DNA of 63,998 bases, filler included, from Dirinaria sp. TL-2023a (Eukaryota): the NCBI GenBank assembly GCA_051941275.1. It is 4 parts of 4 records of this genome, joined end to end, with 100 filler letters (N's around TTAATTAATTAA, not from the genome) between each part and the next. Parts side by side here need not be neighbours in the genome. Positions count along the whole stretch, not along the records: positions 1 to 16,571 come from JAVEBF010000483.1; positions 16,672 to 33,230 come from JAVEBF010000484.1; 2 more parts are not named here. One strand, 5' to 3'. The notes beneath the pieces are model-generated. The model was not told the DNA's origin, did no database searches, and saw nothing but the letters and a program-made list of their open reading frames with translations. The position numbers and the translations under genes are program-made. Below, piece after piece: positions 13,350 through 24,518 of this stretch; positions within the stretch are counted from its first letter, which is position 1, and the number at the start of each line of letters is the position of its first letter.

Positions 13350-14519
13350 CTTGTATGGTTTGGAAGACCAGAGCGGGCATTGGCTATCATGGGAACCAAG
13401 GGGTGGAGTTCTTTCCAGGGAGCTAGCTGACACGGAAAGAAACAGATCAATAACTTGTAAGATATTCGATCTGGTCATGGAAAGTATCTAGTACTTCTGG
13501 GCCCGTCCTTGGCTAATTTTTCGATCTTTGCCCTCCTCTCCCCCCTCACCCCCAAGCCTCTTTTTTTTTCTTTTCTTCTACTCCTGGTGAACTGACAATA
13601 TCTTACGTGTCGCACGAGGAATACTATAACACGGTAAAAACTGCCTCCAAATGGCTGTCTGGCGCTCCCGCTCTCTATCTATGCGGGTGATACCCGGAGA
13701 CGGTGGGTGGATGGACGAAGGAATTGAAGTAGGCGATGTTGGAGAGTGCACTATACCCTAATCGTTCATTACCATCCATACTGCCCATGCGGCTAACTGC
13801 ATCGGGAAGGTTCAAGAGGTCCAGTGAGTCAGTCCGATTTAGAGAACGATCTGTTCCAGGTCAGTTGACTGTTTGACTGCAGAGAAACGATCACATACCC
13901 CCATGTGCCAATATGTATGCGCACACAACCTCGATGAGGTGGCAATGGCAACGATGCTTCCAAACGCACACACGAGGTGACATCGCAGGCATCTAAACAC
14001 TTCCCCTTAGCCAGGCTAGGCATCATGAATGTGTTCAGCTCCCGATAACCCTTGGGCTCAGCCACGATCGTTTGACATATGATATTAGAAGTTTCACAAG
14101 GCAACGTCCTCAGGGTACTCTTAGTCTACAGCAATCCCGATCGAGATCCAGATCCTGGGTCCCTCTCGTGATCTGAGCAGCTAACATATCGCCCCAAGCA
14201 TCGGGTTGCAACGCGGTATAATTTCCAGTGATCTCAGCCCGATCGTACGGCATGCATCGAAATGGCGTGGTCTCACTCACAGAAACAGGAGCTAGCTTGT
14301 CGTCGGGCGTCAGCTTGTGACAATTCCAAGACTCATGTTTCCTGAAGAACCAGTAATTATTCAACCGACTTGGCGTGTTGCGCGGCAGGTTCTGCTGCCG
14401 GTGAACATATTTGATTCTCCGCCTGCAAAAGGCCCGATCGAGGTGAGGCTGTCAATGTTGATAGGGGATCGTAAAATATATGTAGGGTCAATACCAACCC
14501 AAAAGTTTTGGAGAGAAAA

Positions 14520-16042
14520 ATGGCTTATCCAGGAGATACTGGAGCAGGTTTTCCAAGAAAAACTCCATATCCACCCAGAACCACGGCAAATTATCCATCA
14601 TACAATACGGCGGGCTATGCACTACCGATATCTCCATTTGCATCTCCCAGTCAATATCCACCACACACAACAACTCTACAAAGATTTGCAGCAAATCATC
14701 CATCACAGAATACCGCGGGCTATGCACCACCGATATCTCCTTTTGCAGTTCCCAGTCAATATCCACCACAGACAACAACTCTACAAAGACCTGCAGCAAA
14801 TCATCCATCAGAGAGCACAGCGGGCTATGCACGACCGAGACATGGATTACACGTAACATATCACCCAAATGCCGCGCTAAACAATCGAATACAGAACACC
14901 GCAGGCTATTCACAACCGACATGGCCACGCGGAGACCCTATTGCATATCCAACTAGACCAACAGCACATTCTCCTCCAACAAAAACAAAATCTCTAGTTA
15001 GACAGCGTTTGCCCACCGTTATCTTTGTCATGGGCGAAACCGGGGTGGGAAAGAGCACTTTCATTCGCACTGCCACAGGGTTAGACGTGCAGACTGATGA
15101 GAGATTGAGATCATGTAAGACAAAATATGAGATATCCCCCAGTAGTCCGAAATTCTCATCATGGAAATAGGTACTCAACAAGTCCAACTTTACGAAATTC
15201 CTAAAACAAATATCTATTTTGCTGATAGCCCTGGGTTTGGAGACACCTATCGACGCGATGCATCCATATTAGCAGCCCTCGACGAGGTTTTGGCAGAACT
15301 CTTCCACGACCAGGATGTCAGGCTTGCTGGCGTCCTTTTACTCCATTCGTTGTCAGATGCAAGGATGAAGAATGATGCATTGAAAAACCTCATCATGGTG
15401 AGCGAGTTGGTGGGATCAAATAACTTACATAGATGCTGCCTCGTGACAACAAAAATGTCACTGGCCCCGCGACCCGCGGAGGCGATCGAAGATGAACTCA
15501 GGGGCAAGAAAACTGTTGAGCCAGGCTTCTGGAAGCCGCTCATAGAGAAGGGCGCAAAGATGTTCCGGTTTGAGGATTCCAAGGATTCTGCTCTGCAGAT
15601 CATCAAATCACTCTTAGACGATTCAAGCGTTGTATTGCAACTGACTAACGAGACTCAACGCGAAAGACGAAATCTAGGAGAGACCGCCGCCGGCAAAGTT
15701 GTCAACAGGGACATCATTCGAGCCAGAGAGGAGACGAAAAGGGAATTAGGTCAGCTTAAAAAGAAACACGAGAGGGCCATGGCTCGGAGGGACAAAGCCT
15801 TGGCCGATTATCTCGAGCAAGCCAAGGATCAAGCCAGGGACAACTTGAGCCAGCTGGATCACCAAGAGACACGGCTCGGAACGAGGGTAGAGGCTAGATC
15901 ATGGCAAAAACGGCGGTGGATGGGACGAATATTCACTGTGGTAGGGGTCACAGCTCTCGTCGCGGCTAGTAACGGAGTGCTTGCTCCTTTAGCCCCGAGC
16001 TTGTACAATACCGCGGAGAGTTCGATTTCAAAATGGAGATGA
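14520..16042 (+). CDS. P-loop GTPase (AIG1/GIMAP-like fungal G-domain family) with N-terminal tandem repeats, coiled coil and C-terminal hydrophobic helix; intron 15115-15170
   Basis: G1 is GETGVGKSTFI, and splicing creates LRSCTQQV (G2). G3 is DSPGFGDT, followed by GVLLLHSLSDARM...NL and LVTTK, a charged helical region and the hydrophobic IFTVVGVTALVAA. Confidence 0.85.
14586..14838 (+). repeat. Coding tandem repeat, 105-bp (35-aa) unit, ~2.4 copies
   Basis: Units begin GCAAAT(T/C)ATCCATCA at 14586, 14691 and 14796. The peptide unit is ANHPSQNTAGYAPPISPFAVPSQYPPQTTTLQRPA, with a further degenerate QNTAGYSQP near 14890. Confidence 0.95.
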
Positions 16043-16571
16043 AGCCATTGGATTTGACCTATGGTAGGATAAGGTCCCCACTTTGTCTTCTGACGCATGT
16101 TATTTCCAAGTATCGTAACAGACCGAACTGCTGCTGCTGCGCGTGAAAAAAGAGAAAGAAAAAAAATCTCTTGACAGCTATTATTGGCCTCTGCGGGAAA
16201 ACAACCCCAGGGAATATACGAGATGAATGAATAAATGACTTGAGCTTGAAAAAATTGTATATCCTCCATTTTCAACAAGAAAGCCACGATTGAAAAAAAA
16301 AAAACTTTTAAGAGAGATAGATAGACGTAGAAACCCCCTCAATTTGAGACGTTCGTAAATGAGATACTCTTTTTCTGTCTTTCTTTCTTTCTTTCTTTCT
16401 GTATATGAAGAAGATGAAGATAGAAAAAAAAAGAAGAGGGGTTTAAATCTCGCGCTGTAGATATGGTAGGTAGGTTTTGTATTTGTATTTGTTTTTTGGT
16501 TTTTTTAACAAAGAAAAAGAGGAGGGAACAGAATCGCAGAGATATATTTACCTTTTAGTTCTGTATATATG

Positions 16572-16671
16572 NNNNNNNNNNNNNNNNNNNNNNNNNNNNN
16601 NNNNNNNNNNNNNNNTTAATTAATTAANNNNNNNNNNNNNNNNNNNNNNNNNNNNNNNNNNNNNNNNNNNN
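16572..16671. other. Artificial contig linker (N44-TTAATTAATTAA-N44)
   Basis: Exactly 100 nt with a central stop-in-all-six-frames linker, identical to the two other linkers. Confidence 0.98.
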
Positions 16672-19600
16672 GTCGCGGTAATTCTCCTCTTCGATGTTAT
16701 GCTTGCCCACGATCGATAAAAAGACTTGATCCAACGTCGTCTGGCTGAGTGAAAAATACTCGAATCCGAGCTCTTCCTTTTTCGATTCCAAGAGTATGAA
16801 GAGTGCGCCGATGCCGCTGTAAGTTTGATAATCCGTGACATACTCTTCGATTTCTTTGCCATTACTGCCGCCGACGGATTGAAAGCCGTGAGACGGCGAA
16901 GATGCCGAGTGCGCAGGGACGCTGAACCGCATCTGGCCATGGAAAGTTTTCGACTCCACCTCTGCGCCAGCGAGGCTGTTGACGATCCAATCCCTGATAC
17001 GGTCCATCTCTGTGGCCGTGGTATGCGGTGCTGTTGTGGTGATCAGGTGCACGTGATAACGGTCACCGTGCTTCTTTCGCAGGTAATCGCTTGTGCCCAG
17101 AGCGAGCATCTTTTTACCCATGATGCCTGCGCGGTCCGCCAACGCATCCGCCTCCTCCATACTGTGCGTCGTGAGCACCAGGCCACGCCCGGGCTTGACG
17201 GAGGCGAGCGTGCGCCACATGATCCGTTTGGCGCAAACGTCCATCCCCGACGATGGCTCGTCCAGCAGCAGCACCGACGGGTTGCCCATCAAGGCTATAG
17301 CGAGGGAGAGCTTGCGCTTGTTGCCTCCGGAAAGCTTCGCTGCCATGCGGTTGGAGAAAGGTTCGAGTCCGACGGCGCGCAGACCCTCTTGCACATTGTG
17401 TTTCACGTCCTCCACGCCGCGGACTCGCGCGTAGAATGTTAGGTGCTCGGAGACGGTCATTTGATCGCAGGCATCGACTTGAGGGCAGACGCCTAAGGAA
17501 TTACGGGCGAGGGCGCGACGTTTGCTGACGGGGATGTTTTCGACAAAGACATCGCCGCTGCCGATCGACGGGCGCAGATCACCTCGAATCATGCTGATGG
17601 TCGTGGACTTACCGGCACCGTTTGGACCGAGCAAGGCAAATACTTCTCCACGCTTGACACCGAAAGTAACATCTTGAACAGCAACATTGCTGCCGAACGC
17701 CTTGGTGAGGTGCACGGCGCGCAGTCCATCGCTGGTCGATGCTGACACTCGCTTCGTCTCTTCAGCGATCTCGTCCTCGACTGGTTGCACTTCTTCGGCG
17801 TCACGGGTTTTATGAAGTTTGCGTCTTACGCGGTCAAGCAACGACGTGCTATCGTTCCAAAGAAGCACACAGAAAAGGAATACTGATTGTAGGATCAAGT
17901 ATAATATTGGGCCACCGTAGAGCGTGATCTCACCAGGGTACGACGCAATTGAGTGTCCACGACACAGGATCGAGAAGACATTCAGGGACGTAAAGAGGGC
18001 TCTTGTCAAGCTACCCATTGGAGTAATTAGCGAGATGCAGAAGTGAGTGACATTCACGTAATCGTCGATTTTGTTGGTTGGTGCGTAGGTAAGGACGCTC
18101 AAGTAAGCGATAAAGTATAGTAGGAACATAACCCTGAGTTGCGTTAGTAATGCAACAGAAACCGTTTGATTGATATCTCTTACGCTTGATAGCCAGCAGC
18201 TATGGCAAATGCGGCCAACTGTGATCTTGCGAAGAGTGAAACCGTGTAAGACAGAAGGGTAGATGCCAAACCAAAGCAGAAGAATACTACAAAAAGGTAT
18301 TCCAGATGATACCATTGGTTGCTGGCTCCTCGAAATATAATGACGCTGAGTATGCTGGATGCTAGTACAATAACGAAGTCGAATGCAACATAAGCGGACC
18401 ATAAACAGCTGCTCCGCACACCTAAAATTAACATATCAGCCTCAAGTCTCAATAATTTAAGGGCCAACCGTCATCACATACCATTGCTGTAGTGCAACTG
18501 CCTCACATTTCGTAAGCGCTCAAGCGTAGGATAGAGGGCAAAAAGCGCTGGGTAAGCGGCCAAGGCGAGCCCAAGATAGACAATGAGCTGCAAGGTCTTG
18601 CCTGCACCAGATACCCATGGAACATCGAAAGCTTGGTATTGGCTGCTTATAGAGATGTTCGTTAGGAGAGTATCAAAAGCGTTCTGGGTGATGGTGGCGA
18701 GCGAGATATCAGCATTGGCATGGTAGGCAAATGTTGGCGGTGACTGGTCGTCACCAAGGAAAAAGCCACCAGGGGTGATATTCGCAAAATTCATGCGAAT
18801 ATTATTATTGAAATCATCAAGCGTTCCGTCGATAATGTGAATGGAAGAAAGCAATTCGGTCATATTGGTAGCACCTCCTAAGCCTGTGCCAGCACCGGGT
18901 AACGTGGCCCCAATACGGGCGATGTCTTCTTCAGACACTCTACTACTTGGCCCAATGACCATGTTATAATCAGCTTGAGTCGACAGTGATTCTATATCAG
19001 AAGCTGATACTTGCGCAGTAGGCGAGCATCCGGGTGCAGAGAAGTCTTTCAAGAAAAGCGTAACAAGACCCGCAGCAATAACTGTATTTGGTCAGTATCG
19101 TGTATGTACAAACGCAGCTCTCTGCTTACCTGGGATGAGAAATGCAGCAAGATAAGGAAACCAATTTCTTTGAAACACTGTGAATCGCTTGCGAAACAGT
19201 GTGAGGGCCTGCCGAAGCACACCCACTCGCTTGCCTGCCTGAAGGTGTAGACCTGCACCATTTTCCTCTCCGTCCGCTAATTTGCTTTCTTCCCTAACGA
19301 CATTGTCCGAAGCCTTGTCATTGATGGCTTTGGTCAGAGTCTTGCCTCCAGCATCCAAACTCATTTCTTCTGCTACGTTGAAAAAGATCTCCTCGATGGT
19401 TGGTGAACTTATCTCATAATTTTTGATGCCCCGTTCCTCCAGCATCTGAACAAAAAGTGCGGCTTGGGACGAGTTGGGTAATGTGTAAACAGTTTGGTCG
19501 TACAAAACCTTCGCGATAGCGTTCTCAAACTCTAGAACAGCCACATTGTGCCCAGGAGTATTGAAGACGTGTATTCTGTAACCGCCGCCGAGTTGATGTT

Positions 19601-21650
19601 TAAGCTCCACGGCAGAGCCTTGAGCCTTAAGGCTACCCTTTGACAATATCGCTATCTGATCCGACAGCAGATCGGCTTCATCCAAGAAGTGTGTTGTGAA
19701 AATTATTGTACGATAGCCCCTTTCTGCCAGAAGAATCTGCCAAAGTTTCTGACGTGCAAGGGCATCGACTCCACTGCTACACTCATCAACACAGCACACC
19801 CGAGATCCGCCGGTGAACATCATGCTTAATTGGAGCTTTCTTTTTTGTCCTCCAGAGAGCGTTCGAGCTCTGGCATCAATTTTTTTGGCTAGGTCACACG
19901 ACTCCACTAGCGTTTTCAGCTCGGCTTTTGAAGCCAGCTTTCCTATAGATTTCAACCGGTTAAATATACGCACGTGCTCGTATGTTGTCAGCTGATCCCA
20001 TAAGACATTACGTTGTGGGCATATGCCTAGTCCGCCGCGACCGTCAACTGTGACAGTGCCGGAAGTTACAGTGTTCAAGCCTGCAATGGTCTCTAATGTT
20101 GTTGTCTTGCCGCTGCCATTACTACCTAGTAGGACAGTGATCTGGCCTTGGGGAATACTCAAGTCGAGTTCATTCACAGCAGTGACGGTTTCCTTCTTCT
20201 TACCAACCCTGGTAGCTACGTTGCGGGCCCACCACGAGGGTTTGTATCGTTTTGTAAAACTAGCTAGATGGACCGCCGAGGTAGGACCTCTTTCTTCGGC
20301 TACAAGCTTCCGCCCTGGTGATGCCGTCCCATACAAGAACCTTTCAATGAGAGCCGCAAGAATAGGAAAGGCCACTATTTGGATGATGAGAAAAACGAAG
20401 AACACGATGCCCGGTAGTGTTGAAGGGTTTTCCGGTGCAGCCCCTCCAAGATTTGTAGGCAAATTCTTTCGCTCCCAGCGTGCCATTAGAATCGTGAAGA
20501 AGGTATAATTCATAGGAGGAAATAACAGACTCAGCACGGCAACAGCTCCTGTATTGGCTTTTCCCACGACTTGAGCGAGGACTGCAAGGAGGAGTGAGAT
20601 TATTGTGGTCGAAATGCCGCTGAGTTGGGCTCTGTGAAAGAATGCGCCACCGAAAAGAGAGAATGACGACAATGAGAGGCCAGCAAGAAGGTTGAACAGG
20701 ATGAGGATTCCCATTGACGTTTTCGCAAAGACACCATAGCCTAAGATAAGGGCCATGACAATCCATCCGGGGAGAAACATCATGTCAAATGCGACATGGT
20801 TCGCCACCAAGCGAGCGAATTGTGGTTCCCATCTTCGCGCGTTCGGCATCGAGGCTTCGATTATCTGTGTCATGCCAAGTTCTCTCTCCGAGGCTATCAA
20901 ACCCACCAGCTGATAGATGACCCCGACAATGCCGATGAAGAATGCCACCGCCAGAATATCGATGATGCCGCCCATGTACCGAATGCGAATCTGGTCGTTC
21001 CGCTGTTGCTGGGTCTCTGAAGTATATGGATACTCGTATACTTGGCTCGGCAAGGCACTCTGATCGATGGTCCCGTTGTGGAGAGCAATTGAAAAATCGA
21101 TTGCGTGCTGCAAGGGTATCGGATAAACCTCGACATCATTGTTATGATTAGTCACGTCGAGTTTATTTCCAAGACCACCGTCAGCTCTCAAACTGTAATT
21201 CCACATGGCTCCAGGACCCTCTGTGGGCGAAGAGTAAAATACAGCCGCTCCATAGCAGGTCGATATACCCCGGAGGGTGCTTCGACACAACGTCAGCAGG
21301 TCTTCTTCCTGTGACACAATCCTGACGTCCTTGCCGTCCGCCTGCGCTGCGCGGGCAACGTCTTGAATAACGGTATTGATATCACCTCCTGTGAAGCCAT
21401 TGTTGACGAGAACGAGCCTGTTTCTCCCCCCTCCTGCTGCATTCAGGCCTTCAGCAAGACTACGAACCGGCGAAGTATGTCCAATGCCATAATGGGCGGG
21501 TGGAATGAACAGGTTACGAGCGTAGGCTAGAAAGCCAATGAAGATGACAGGAAGTAAGAAGCAACGCAAAGGAGTTGAGAGTGGATGTCGAAATAATAAA
21601 ACGAGGAGATTCTTCCATGTCAATGTCCATATTTGCCGCAGAAGTAGCAT
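16672..21650 (-). CDS. Full-size ABCA-subfamily ABC transporter (multi-exon; extreme 3' end cut by the contig end)
   Basis: N-terminus LLRQIWTLTWKNLLV. Two NBDs are present (GSNGSGKTT/LSGGQKRKL/VDECSSG and GPNGAGKST/LSGGNKRKL/LDEPSSG), and the C-terminus is LSQTTLDQVFL. Confidence 0.95.
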
Positions 21651-22269
21651 ATCCAGAGGATGATGCCACTAAATTGCTGCGGCAACTTTCTCATCCACTG
21701 CTGTACTCTAGTGCAGCCTGACCCTCGTAAGATATTATGCAGCTCATGGGCAAAAAATCTGCTAGAAGCAAAGATCGAAAAGAATCAAAAGCAGAGCGAT
21801 TGAGTGTTTTGGTAGCAGGAAATAGTGCTGCCTTACCATAGATACGGTAGTCTTTGAAACAGCTATCTTTCAACACAATGATCGCATCACTCGTATCGTC
21901 CCGTCTTGTTACAGGGATCTCTTAGTCTGCCTCGGCTCGCTTAGTACTCGTACTCTGTAGCATGATTGCTTGGCTGGCTTGGCTCGCTTAGCTTGGCCAC
22001 TCCGCATCCATTCAAGCCATGATCGCGTATCGTGATTATTCCATCCATATTAACACCTGCACAGAGGTCACTCAAGGATGAGCAGATGTCTGATTTGGTG
22101 CTCATCACTGGCACAGACATAAACACTGAAGACTTGGTATCCTGCTCATGAGCTCTCTCCGGGACTTGAAGCTTATTTAGGTGCTCATTCATCCACCCAT
22201 AGCTTCATTCTATCGCTTATTTCGGATCTGCGAGTACCCTTCGACGATCTCCAGACCTCGCTAGTCAAT

Positions 22270-23535
22270 ATGGACCACGCCTCAAAGGGAGCAGCTGCGA
22301 TATCTGCCAGCGATTTTAAGGCCGCAATAAACCACTACACCAAGGCCATCGCCGTCAACCCTCAAGCGGCTGATTATTATATCAAACGATCAACAGCCTA
22401 TACCCGCCTCTCCCCACCTAGTCATGATGCCGCCTACAAAGATTCCGAGATCGCTCTGATGCTGGCTTCCAAACGCGCAAAACGAGAGCTGATCGCGCTG
22501 TCCCAGCTTCGTCGAGGCATTGCACTGTTTGGCCTCCAGCGCTGGGCCGATGCCAAGCAATGCTTTGCGTGGGCCAAGAAACTCAACGAGAAAGACAACA
22601 CGGTCAAGATATGGGAAATGAAGGTCGATGAGAAGCTGAAGTCATTGCCAGAAAATGACGCTGCTCGGCAAGCCGCCATCGAAGAGATTCCCGACGTTGA
22701 ACTACCCAAAGCCGAGACGAAGAAAGCAGAACAGAAACCAGAGGGAGCTGTAGCGATAAACGAAGAAGGCGACGCGAACGGAGCAAAACCCATAGCAGCC
22801 GAGACTGCAATCAAGTCTCCAAGCGAAGGCCTACAGCCGCCAGTTGGGAAGACACGACACGAATGGTACGAAACAAACGACAGCGTCACAGTCACCCTCT
22901 ATGCCAAAGGAGTACCAAAAGACAAAGCCACCATCGAGCTCCAGAAGCGTTCCCTTGCGCTATCCTTTCCACTGCCCGGTGGCTCAGGCTATGACTTTAC
23001 GCTAGATCCCTTATATGCCGACATCGATGAAGCAGCCTCGGCATCAGAGATCAAGCCCATGAAGGTCGTCTTCACCTTGAAAAAAGCAATCCCCGGCCAG
23101 AAATGGCACTCACTCGAAGCAAAGGAACCAGCCAAGATTGAAAGCCCCGAAGGCAAGATTGATGAGAATGTCAAGCGGGCCGTGCTTGGTGACAAGACTG
23201 GCGACAGCGCCCCATCGTACCCCACCTCTTCTAAAAGCGGCCCTAAGAACTGGGACAAGGTAGCTCGAGATTTAAGCAAGAAGCCGGACAAAGATGGCGA
23301 GGAGGGCAAGGATGATAACGACGCGAGCCTGGAAGATGACTATGAGGGTGAACCGGCGAACAACTGGTTCCAGCAACTCTACAAAAACTCGAGTGCTGAC
23401 GTTCGGCGAGCTATGATCAAGAGCTATCAGGAGAGCAGTGGAACGGCTTTGAGCACTAACTGGGCCGAGGTCTCCCAGGGACCGGTTGAGTGCAGCCCTC
23501 CGACTGGAATGGTAGCCAAGAAATGGAGCGAGTGA
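22270..23535 (+). CDS. SGT1: SGT1 Hsp90 co-chaperone (TPR-CS-SGS), intronless
   Basis: N-terminal TPRs, CS domain (RHEWYETNDSVTVTLYAKGV) and SGS domain (YPTSSKSGPKNWDK; FQQLYKNSSADVRRAMIKSYQESSGTALSTNW). Confidence 0.96.
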   Translation: MDHASKGAAAISASDFKAAINHYTKAIAVNPQAADYYIKRSTAYTRLSPPSHDAAYKDSEIALMLASKRAKRELIALSQLRRGIALFGLQRWADAKQCFAWAKKLNEKDNTVKIWEMKVDEKLKSLPENDAARQAAIEEIPDVELPKAETKKAEQKPEGAVAINEEGDANGAKPIAAETAIKSPSEGLQPPVGKTRHEWYETNDSVTVTLYAKGVPKDKATIELQKRSLALSFPLPGGSGYDFTLDPLYADIDEAASASEIKPMKVVFTLKKAIPGQKWHSLEAKEPAKIESPEGKIDENVKRAVLGDKTGDSAPSYPTSSKSGPKNWDKVARDLSKKPDKDGEEGKDDNDASLEDDYEGEPANNWFQQLYKNSSADVRRAMIKSYQESSGTALSTNWAEVSQGPVECSPPTGMVAKKWSE

Positions 23536-24518
23536 AGATGGCCGGCAGCGGGGATGTCAGTAGCAGTGCTTTGACTCGACTTATCTGATCTATTAGCGAA
23601 GGTGCTCTGGCGCTTGCAGTGTCTGCTTTGGGTGAAAGGTTTCAGCTATGCATGCCTGATCAGGTTGACTGAGCAGCTATGCTGCTCGATAACAACTAGT
23701 CCGGGAATTGACAGTATCAGTCAAGCGGGCCGTGCATGCATGGAGATGACTTTACACAGTGGCACAGGCAGGCTTGTCGCGATATCGCCGCGATGCCGCC
23801 CCCTGTAGCTGGATAATAATGATAAAAAAATTACTTGCCCACAACGCTATCGCACGTGTCTCTCCTGGTGGTTGTCTACAGTACAATAGGTCTGCGGTAG
23901 GATGGCTGCTACCTAGATATTAGTCATAGAAGTATTGTGGTTGCCGTACCTTATTGCTTGTCATTCCGTGCCATGGGACCATGGATACCTGATTTCAGAT
24001 AGGGTACAGTCCTCTATGATACTCTACCATGGTTCAAAAGTTCAGTAGTAAGCGGGCAAATGGTGATGGCGCGGGCCGGCCCCTGATCCCTGGTTCCGTC
24101 GGGGGCCAATTCGCTTTCTTCCGTCTGCGCGCTGCCGATCTTTCTCCAAATCGCAATCCCACGCCGACCGGGCACGCAAGCCCGCAGTCCTCTGCGGAGG
24201 GGAATCCCGACTCCTGTACTCCGTACTCCGTACATACTGTACGCAACTCTGCTGACCTTTATTTGCGTTGCTTCTGATTCGTCTATCGCTTTATGGACTC
24301 TACAGCGCCGCTCGGGGCAAAATACTCGTGATTGTCTTTGCGCCTAGCTCAGAGCCTCTCCGCCATTCTTTCTTGCTCATCATACATCTCAGCTTCCGTG
24401 AGTCGCGTCGCTGAAGCAATCGAGTTTGATTAACCCGTGCGCCGCTTAGCATTCTCTTCCAGCTCGAGCCCACCCTTCTCTGCTTTGTATCGCGGGAAAT
24501 CGCCCATGTACGGAATCA

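Noticed and set aside
13829..14364. Two short minus-strand ORFs upstream of the GTPase
   Set aside because: No recognisable motifs or consistent splice structure; likely intergenic.
14586..14838. CRISPR-like array
   Set aside because: Contiguous in-frame coding repeats without unique spacers, in a eukaryotic gene.
14317..14928. Alternative-frame His/Gln-rich ORF (14317-14856) and antisense ORF (14488-14928)
   Set aside because: They are by-products of the 105-bp repeat. Only the 14520 frame connects to the GTPase P-loop.
16616..16627. TTAATTAATTAA palindrome recurring about every 16.6 kb as a biological periodic element
   Set aside because: It is always centred in 44+44 Ns, so it is a synthetic six-frame-stop linker.
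24040..24245. GC-rich, potentially structured stretch as RNase P/MRP or another ncRNA
   Set aside because: No convincing P4 consensus on either strand. The TACTCCGTA motifs and position fit the RdRP promoter. An Infernal search would settle it.
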